Part shown: positions 57,654-64,000 of the stretch, one piece after another
Layout: each line of letters opens with the position of its first letter
Position numbering within the stretch: position 1 is the stretch's first letter
Origin: Jiulongibacter sp.
GTDB lineage: Bacteria; Bacteroidota; Bacteroidia; Cytophagales; Spirosomataceae
Direction of reading: 5' to 3'
NCBI GenBank assembly: GCA_024645245.1
Contig: JAHEBN010000004.1
Location: 5,184-69,183 of the forward strand
Length of the DNA stretch: 64,000 nucleotides
The notes under the pieces: generated by a model
Databases searched by the model: none
Told to the model about the DNA's origin: nothing
The model's input: the letters and a program-made list of their open reading frames with translations, nothing else
Translations under genes and position numbers: made by a program

Positions 57654-60506
57654 ATGCAGGAAGTGATAAGAAAAATTCTGATTTATTTAATGTTGTTGAT
57701 TCCTGCTATTGGAATCAGTCAGCAAATTAATAAGGATTTTGTGGATGGGGAAATATATGTACAGCTCAAACCTGCCTATTTGATAAAAACCGATAAAAAG
57801 AACAAAGAGGTAGATATATCTAAAGAGTTGGTTCAGGTTAATCGCTCGATAAATAAGCTTGATAATAAAATAGAGAAAGCACAATCTCCATTTTATAAAT
57901 TGAAATCTGACAAACTTAAAGGAGTTTACCGGATAAAAATCGAAAATGATCAGGACATAGATGAAGTAATAAAGGTTTTGAAATCTGATCCATCTGTTAG
58001 TCGTGTTGAAAAAGTTGCTCTACGCAGGATCATAAGCTTTCCTACCGACACCAGCTATACTAATCAATGGAATTTAAAGAAAATCAAAGCATCTGAAGCT
58101 TGGGATGTAAACCCCGGTGGGGCCATAGTAAAAGTTGGAATAGTGGATAATGCATTTGAAATCAATCATCCGGATTTAAGTGCCAATATGCTACCCGGAT
58201 ATGATTTGGGTGACGACGATACCAATCCTTCTCCGCCGAATGTAAATTTCAGTCATGGCACTCACGTAGCCGGCATTGTAAGTGCAGTTACCAATAATGT
58301 GCGTGGCATAGCTGCCGCTGCCAATAATAAAGTTAAAATTGTGCCTTTCAAAGCTACTCCAAATTTGGGGAGTTATAATTCCATTTATTATGGGTTTGAA
58401 GGGATAATAGCTGCTGCGGATAGTGGGGTTCAGATAATCAGCCTTTCCTGGGGAGGTCCTGGTTTTTCCCAAACCGAGCAGGATGTAATTGATTATGCCT
58501 ATCAGAATGGGGTTATGGTAATCGCCGCTGCAGGAAATGAAGATTCGGATGTACCTCAATACCCGGCTTCTTACAACCATGTCATTTCGGTTGCCGCCCT
58601 AGATTCAACCGATATAAGAAGTTATTTCAGCAGCTATGGAAGTCTGGTGGATATTGCTGCACCGGGCAGGGGAATATTAAGTACCATACCCTTTAATTCT
58701 TATGCTTCTTACAGCGGTACATCCATGGCTACTCCACTTGTGGCTTCGTGTGCCGGGTACCTGATGTCTTGCTTCCCGGGTATAAGTATTGATTCGGTTG
58801 AGATAATTTTAAAAAATACCGCTGATAATATTGATGCTCAAAACCCGGATTTTATTAACCAATTAGGTGCCGGCAGAATCAATTTATATAAAGCCGTAGC
58901 CTGTCAGCAATCTGGATTATTTAATGAAAAAGTAAGCATTAGCGGCGGAAATTACATTTGTCAGGGTGATACTACAGTACTTACCATAAATGCAGTAGCT
59001 TCCGAAACTTTCGAATGGTTTTTAAATAATCAATCGGTAGGAACCGGAAATGATTTAACTGTTACAGAATCAGGATCTTATGTTTTGAAACGAACCTTGG
59101 GAGCCTGTCTTTTGGAAGAAGAAGCAATAAACATATTTGAAAACAAAATCAAAACGCCGACACCACAGGTTTCGGGTAATTTAGATTTGTTTTATTGTTC
59201 AAATCCTGAATATCTGGTTGCTACAGAAGCCGATTGCAATGTATTTGGACCACTGACTTACACCTATTCGGGTGGTACGGTAGGCTTTGATGGTTATGAG
59301 AAAAGCGGACCTTTTCTGCAAATAGACGTTCAAGGTATTGGAGGTCTTATTGAATCCGTTGAAGTGAGTATCAGCTGGCAGAAAAAAGACGGCGGCGATG
59401 AAACAGCCTGCGGGATTCCGGATGGAGGAGCCACGCCATTCAATGAAGAGGTATTTTTTGCATTTATTTCGCCACAAGGCACGCAGATTGACCTTATTCA
59501 GGAAGGTACCTATTCCAAAGGGAATGTGAGCTCGGGAGTGGTAACCACTACATTTAAAGTGGGTGCTCCGGCTATTGTACAAAGTTCATTACCTACCACA
59601 GGCACTTATAGTCCGTCTGGTAATTTAGACCTGTTACAGGGAGAGATTCCGGTAGGAAACTGGACATTAATCGCTTCGGATAATGCCACACTTGATCCAC
59701 TATGTGTAAGTGGGTTCAGTGTAAAAATAAAAACAATTGCTCCACAGTCTCCGCCGGTATTTACCTGGTATAACATGGCTAATGGAGGCTTAAAACTGGT
59801 GGAAAATGATTCTTTATCCGTTAATCCTAACACTGTTGGCAAACAAAATTATTTTGTAACTCAGCGATGCGGTGGTTTATGCGAAAGTTACCGGATTCCG
59901 GCAAGCGTGAAGGTTAAGCCTATTCCTACCTTATTAGCATTTCCGGAATCGGAATCCATTTTAAGTGAAAGTCAAAAAGACGAGATATTAAATGCACTAA
60001 CGATAAGTCATTATATCAATGCCCAAAACCTTTATTTTGTTTCCGGAATAAATCAAAGCAATCAGGCTTTTGATTACCAGATTTCAAATCAGGCACCTTC
60101 GGTTTCACCTGTTACTTTATGTGTCGATACTTCCTATGTGGTATTTGGCTTGGGATGTAACGGTACCATAAGCTGGAGTAATGGATCGACGGGTATGTTT
60201 GTTTATCTGGAGAAAGTGGTGGATCCAGTCTTGATTACGGCTACTTGCAATCAAAACTGGAATTGCACACCATTGGCCAATATCCCATTTGAATTCAAAT
60301 CCAATCAGACGCTTTTATCTTTAAGTGGGAATACAGAAGTAAGTGGATTGCAAAATTTTTACGGCAGCCCGATAGAATCAGATCAGGAAATTGCCGAATC
60401 TGCACGTATTGAATATTTATCGCCCACATCCATTCTTCTAAAACCCGGCTTCAGCACTTCCAATCAAAGTATTTTTAAGGCAGAAACAGGCAATTGCGTC
60501 AATTAG
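57654..60506 (+). CDS. secreted S8 (subtilisin) family serine peptidase with proprotein-convertase P-domain and C-terminal PGF-type module
   Basis: It has a signal peptide and an I9-like propeptide. The catalytic triad contexts are VGIVDNAF, HGTHVAGIV and SGTSMATPLVA. The P-domain-like segment is GNWTLIASDNATLDPLCVSGFSVKI. Confidence 0.88.
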   Translation: MQEVIRKILIYLMLLIPAIGISQQINKDFVDGEIYVQLKPAYLIKTDKKNKEVDISKELVQVNRSINKLDNKIEKAQSPFYKLKSDKLKGVYRIKIENDQDIDEVIKVLKSDPSVSRVEKVALRRIISFPTDTSYTNQWNLKKIKASEAWDVNPGGAIVKVGIVDNAFEINHPDLSANMLPGYDLGDDDTNPSPPNVNFSHGTHVAGIVSAVTNNVRGIAAAANNKVKIVPFKATPNLGSYNSIYYGFEGIIAAADSGVQIISLSWGGPGFSQTEQDVIDYAYQNGVMVIAAAGNEDSDVPQYPASYNHVISVAALDSTDIRSYFSSYGSLVDIAAPGRGILSTIPFNSYASYSGTSMATPLVASCAGYLMSCFPGISIDSVEIILKNTADNIDAQNPDFINQLGAGRINLYKAVACQQSGLFNEKVSISGGNYICQGDTTVLTINAVASETFEWFLNNQSVGTGNDLTVTESGSYVLKRTLGACLLEEEAINIFENKIKTPTPQVSGNLDLFYCSNPEYLVATEADCNVFGPLTYTYSGGTVGFDGYEKSGPFLQIDVQGIGGLIESVEVSISWQKKDGGDETACGIPDGGATPFNEEVFFAFISPQGTQIDLIQEGTYSKGNVSSGVVTTTFKVGAPAIVQSSLPTTGTYSPSGNLDLLQGEIPVGNWTLIASDNATLDPLCVSGFSVKIKTIAPQSPPVFTWYNMANGGLKLVENDSLSVNPNTVGKQNYFVTQRCGGLCESYRIPASVKVKPIPTLLAFPESESILSESQKDEILNALTISHYINAQNLYFVSGINQSNQAFDYQISNQAPSVSPVTLCVDTSYVVFGLGCNGTISWSNGSTGMFVYLEKVVDPVLITATCNQNWNCTPLANIPFEFKSNQTLLSLSGNTEVSGLQNFYGSPIESDQEIAESARIEYLSPTSILLKPGFSTSNQSIFKAETGNCVN

Positions 60507-60559
60507 AGAAGCATTTTTCCAATTTCTTTAATTTGTTTTTTATTCTCTTTGTTAAATCC

Positions 60560-60567
60560 TAAATTTG
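60560..60567 (+). promoter_or_regulatory. candidate -7 promoter box (TAAATTTG) for the pyrophosphatase gene
   Basis: It matches TAnnTTTG exactly, 58 nt upstream of the ATG at 60625. A TTTG lies about 25 nt further upstream (60532-60535). Confidence 0.3.
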
Positions 60568-60624
60568 CGGAACTTTTTGTAAAAATTATCAAAAAACTAA
60601 ACTAAGATAAATCAAAAAAACCTT

Positions 60625-63243
60625 ATGGATTCATTATTTTACGTGGTTCCTGTATTGGGATTTGTTGGGCTCGTTTTCATGTTTGTGAAAGCCAGTTGGG
60701 TAACAAAACAAGATGCAGGAAATGGAAAAATGCAAGAAATAGCAAGTGCAATTGCAGATGGGGCATTGGCATTCTTAAAAGCTGAATGGAAAGTTCTCGG
60801 AATTTTTGGAGCCGCTGTTTCTATACTTCTGGCCTGGTCGGGTACCTTGGTAGAAAGTTCTAACTGGCTTATTGGTGTTGCTTTTTTAATCGGAGCCTTT
60901 GTTTCCGCTTTTGCAGGATATATAGGAATGAATATAGCCACCAAGGCGAATGTTCGTACCACACAGGCTGCCCGTACCAGTCTTAAGCAAGCACTTAAGG
61001 TTTCATTTACCGGTGGTTCGGTAATGGGACTTGGGGTTGCTGGTTTGGCGGTTCTGTTTATGAGTTTATTATTTATCTGGTTCTACCATGCTTTTGTTAC
61101 CGGTTCTGGTGATACACACGGCATGGAAAAAGCATTGGAAGTACTTGCCGGTTTCTCTTTGGGTGCCGAATCAATCGCCTTGTTTGCTCGTGTAGGCGGC
61201 GGTATTTATACCAAAGCTGCCGATGTGGGAGCCGACCTGGTAGGTAAAGTAGAAGCGGGTATTCCGGAAGATGATCCCAGAAACCCGGCAACTATTGCCG
61301 ATAACGTAGGTGATAACGTTGGTGATGTTGCAGGTATGGGAGCCGATTTATTTGGTTCATACGTTGCTACTATTTTAGCCACTATGGTTTTGGGTCGTGA
61401 AATAGTTTCTGATGATAATGTGGGCGGCTGGGCTCCAATTTTGTTGCCTATGTTGATCGCAGGAGTTGGTCTGGTATTTTCGGCGATCAGTACATTTTTT
61501 GTAACGGTAAAAGACGACAATGGAAATGTACAAAATGCCTTGAATATCGGTAACTGGGGTGCCATAGCCATGACAGCTATAGCAGCTTATCCGATGGTAA
61601 TGAACTTAATGCCTGCCGAGATGAATATCCGCGGTGTGGACTTTACCAATATGGATGTATTCCTGGCCATCATTTTAGGATTGGTAGTGGGAGCGATCAT
61701 GTCGTGGATCACCGAGATTTATACCGCTATGGGTAAAAGACCTGTAAACACCATTGTTCAACAGTCATCAACGGGTCATGCCACCAATATTATCGGTGGT
61801 TTGTCTATTGGTATGGAAAGCACGGTGGTTCCTATTTTAACTTTGGCAGCCGGTATATTTTTATCATTTAAATTGGCCGGTTTATACGGTGTGGCGATTG
61901 CTGCCGCAGGTATGATGGCTACCACTGCCATGCAGTTGGCCATTGATGCATTTGGACCTATTGCTGATAATGCCGGTGGAATTGCCGAAATGAGCGAATT
62001 GCCAAAAGAAGTAAGAGAAAGAACAGATATTTTAGATGCCGTAGGAAATACCACAGCTGCATCGGGTAAAGGATTTGCCATCGCTTCAGCAGCTTTAACC
62101 GCACTTGCTTTATTTGCGGCGTTTGTTGGTTTATCGGGCATTTCTTCGATAGATATCTATAAGGCGGATGTGCTCGCAGGCCTTTTTGTGGGTGGTATGA
62201 TTCCTTTTATATTTTCGTCATTGGCTATTGCCGCAGTAGGTAGAGCAGCCATGAAAATGGTGGAAGAAGTAAGACGCCAGTTCCGCGAAATACCTGGAAT
62301 TATGGAAGGTACAGGAAAGCCTGAATACGACAAATGTGTGGCTATCTCAACTCAGGCTTCGATCCGCGAAATGATTGCTCCGGGTCTTATTGCCCTATTG
62401 GTACCTGTGATTGTTGGTTTCAGTTTTGGGCCGGAGGTGCTTGGTGGTTTGTTGGCCGGTGTTACCGTTTCAGGTGTATTGATGGGTATATTCATGAATA
62501 ACGCCGGTGGTGCCTGGGATAATGCTAAAAAATCATTCGAGAAAGGCGTGGAGATTAATGGCGAAATGTATTACAAAGGTTCAGATCCACACAAGGCAGC
62601 CGTAACCGGCGATACCGTGGGTGATCCATTCAAAGATACTTCAGGGCCATCGATGAATATTTTGATCAAATTGATGTCGATCGTTTCTTTGGTAATTGCT
62701 CCACATATTGCTCAGAACGACGCCTCTGCCATGCATGCAGGTGACGATATGGTAACTGAAATTACGGAAGTGGTAGAAGTTGCAACAGACAATTTATCAA
62801 AAACCTTGAGCAATGGTATCTCTCTGAACTTTTCCAAAGATGGTATTGAAGATCAGGTAATAGCATTTATTGAAAATCCGGATGCAGAATTATCGAAAGA
62901 TCTTTGGTTTAATTTCAAAGACCTGAATTTTGCCAGCGGAAGCGATCAATTGGATGCCAGTTCATTAAAAGAGGTTGATAATATTGCTGAAATCTTAAAG
63001 GCCTATCCGGCAGTAAACCTTAAAATTGGCGGATACACAGATAATACCGGCACAGCAGATGCTAATCTTACCTTATCTACCAAACGAGCCGCTTCTGTAA
63101 AGGCGGCCATAGTAGCCAAAGGAATTGACGCCACCAGACTGGAATCGGAAGGCTATGGCCAGGAGCAGCCTGCAGCCAGCAACGATACCGAAGAAGGCCG
63201 TGCACAAAACAGAAGAATAGCTGTAAGCGTACGAGCTAAATAA
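60625..63243 (+). CDS. hppA: membrane-integral (K+-dependent type) ion-translocating pyrophosphatase fused to a C-terminal OmpA-like domain
   Basis: M-PPase motifs: [78 protein letters not shown]. An OmpA_C-type domain follows from nt 62716 onward in the same ORF: [33 protein letters not shown]. Confidence 0.9.
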   Translation: MDSLFYVVPVLGFVGLVFMFVKASWVTKQDAGNGKMQEIASAIADGALAFLKAEWKVLGIFGAAVSILLAWSGTLVESSNWLIGVAFLIGAFVSAFAGYIGMNIATKANVRTTQAARTSLKQALKVSFTGGSVMGLGVAGLAVLFMSLLFIWFYHAFVTGSGDTHGMEKALEVLAGFSLGAESIALFARVGGGIYTKAADVGADLVGKVEAGIPEDDPRNPATIADNVGDNVGDVAGMGADLFGSYVATILATMVLGREIVSDDNVGGWAPILLPMLIAGVGLVFSAISTFFVTVKDDNGNVQNALNIGNWGAIAMTAIAAYPMVMNLMPAEMNIRGVDFTNMDVFLAIILGLVVGAIMSWITEIYTAMGKRPVNTIVQQSSTGHATNIIGGLSIGMESTVVPILTLAAGIFLSFKLAGLYGVAIAAAGMMATTAMQLAIDAFGPIADNAGGIAEMSELPKEVRERTDILDAVGNTTAASGKGFAIASAALTALALFAAFVGLSGISSIDIYKADVLAGLFVGGMIPFIFSSLAIAAVGRAAMKMVEEVRRQFREIPGIMEGTGKPEYDKCVAISTQASIREMIAPGLIALLVPVIVGFSFGPEVLGGLLAGVTVSGVLMGIFMNNAGGAWDNAKKSFEKGVEINGEMYYKGSDPHKAAVTGDTVGDPFKDTSGPSMNILIKLMSIVSLVIAPHIAQNDASAMHAGDDMVTEITEVVEVATDNLSKTLSNGISLNFSKDGIEDQVIAFIENPDAELSKDLWFNFKDLNFASGSDQLDASSLKEVDNIAEILKAYPAVNLKIGGYTDNTGTADANLTLSTKRAASVKAAIVAKGIDATRLESEGYGQEQPAASNDTEEGRAQNRRIAVSVRAK

Positions 63244-63264
63244 GTAACAAATTAATAAGTATAG

Positions 63265-63296
63265 AAAAATCCCGGAGGCGACTTCGGGATTTTTTG
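63265..63296 (+). terminator. rho-independent terminator after hppA
   Basis: The stem aaaaatcccgga / ttcgggattttt (one G-U pair) has a 6-nt loop and is followed by TTTTTGTTTT. Confidence 0.72.
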
Positions 63297-63699
63297 TTTT
63301 GGGTATGAATGGTGTTCTGGAATGCAAATGATGTTTTTGATACTTGTAGGATCAAAATCGGCTTTTAAAAATGAAATAAAAAGAGATTTAAATTAAAGTT
63401 TGATTATTAACTCGGAAATACTTGAATTTTAATTCGAACTCACGATATAGATACCTACATGACCTAAGTTCATGGATACAAAAAAGCAAATATTTGAATG
63501 AGATTTATGTCGCCTTAAAAAGTACTTTGATGTAAAAAAATAAAAATAAATTAAACTCATTTTCAACCCATTTAGACCAGGAATACGGTATAAAATACTC
63601 TGAATACGGGAAACTTATCAACAAGATTTTGAGGCTTTCAAACTTAGAGTGACGTTTACAGAGCCAGGTAAAAAAGGCCTGACAGAAATACTAACCAAC

Positions 63700-63736
63700 A
63701 AAAAAAAGTCTTTCCACTTGTGAAAAGACTTTTTTT
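63700..63736. terminator. bidirectional rho-independent terminator downstream of rplY
   Basis: 13-nt complementary arms (aaaaaaagtcttt / aaagacttttttt) flank a 10-nt loop. The A8 run on the left and T7 run on the right give a U-tract on either strand. Confidence 0.7.
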
Positions 63737-63757
63737 AGATCGAATAAACAAAAGATT

Positions 63758-64000
63758 TTATTCTGCAGCTTCAGCTGGTGTGCCTGAATCATCTGAATCG
63801 TCATCGTCGTCGGCAGAGGCTGCACCCATGGCAGTTCTTGCAGAACGAGGGATAGTTACAGAAGCAACCGGATTAGCGGCACTTTCCAGGATAGTAACAC
63901 CCTCCAGGGCAATAACTTCAACCTTTACCGACTGACCCAATTTCAAGGCTGTTACATCCACATCCACGTATTCAGGAATGTTTTTTACAGGACCTTGTAA
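63758..64000 (-). CDS. rplY: 50S ribosomal protein L25/general stress protein Ctc (3' part only; continues beyond window)
   Basis: The frame is open to nt 64000. The sequence ..LQGPVKNIPEYVDVDVTALKLGQSVKVEVIALEGVTILESAANPVASV is followed by the acidic tail SADDDDDSDDSG typical of the long Ctc form. Confidence 0.8.
   Translation of the reverse strand, partial: LQGPVKNIPEYVDVDVTALKLGQSVKVEVIALEGVTILESAANPVASVTIPRSARTAMGAASADDDDDSDDSGTPAEAAE

Noticed and set aside
60639-62141. Long antisense ORFs inside hppA (60639-60962, 61206-61571, 61776-62141, minus strand)
   Set aside because: They lie opposite a strongly conserved Ala/Gly/Val-rich gene. Their low-complexity Ala/Pro/Ser-rich translations are typical of antisense frames of GC-rich codons. 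No start context or motifs support them.
63720-63935. Plus-strand 71-aa ORF (..SSESSSSSAEAAP..)
   Set aside because: It is the antisense frame of the acidic tail of rplY. It begins inside the terminator hairpin and its composition mirrors the Asp/Ser-rich tail.

Overview
This 64 kb window looks like a Bacteroidota chromosome. Supporting signs are low-to-moderate GC by eye, a T9SS C-terminal sorting domain, TonB and Bat-like VWA/TPR genes, TAnnTTTG-type -7 boxes and frequent TTG starts. I can support about 55 densely packed protein genes, nearly all housekeeping, transport or secreted-enzyme functions. They include hslU, nspC plus carboxynorspermidine dehydrogenase, an IorAB-type molybdo-oxidoreductase, ltaE, CDF and PiT transporters, gpmI, ispF, xylB and an RRM protein with a DEAD-box helicase. 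Also present are tpx, a 1-Cys peroxiredoxin, a YdeP/FdhF-like oxidoreductase, an SRAP peptidase, pgi, purC, an AlaA-like aminotransferase, large secreted S8 and purple-acid-phosphatase proteins, a membrane pyrophosphatase and the 3' end of rplY. I recognised no rRNA, tRNA, CRISPR array, transposase, integrase or phage gene. The window therefore reads as core chromosome, not an accessory island, and I see no convincing multi-gene defence-type system. The most unusual items are: (1) a membrane pyrophosphatase with a C-terminal OmpA-like peptidoglycan-binding domain in the same ORF; (2) hslU broken by one base in an A8 run that is also an A_AAA_AAA slippery heptamer; (3) a TonB-family gene with an in-frame TGA at the conserved Trp codon; (4) a gluconokinase::6-phosphogluconate dehydrogenase fusion; (5) a four-gene MacB-type ABC / CxxC periplasmic protein / small outer-membrane barrel operon of unknown function; (6) an MltD-like LysM protein whose catalytic Glu appears replaced. 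All family calls come from motif recognition by eye, with no database search.
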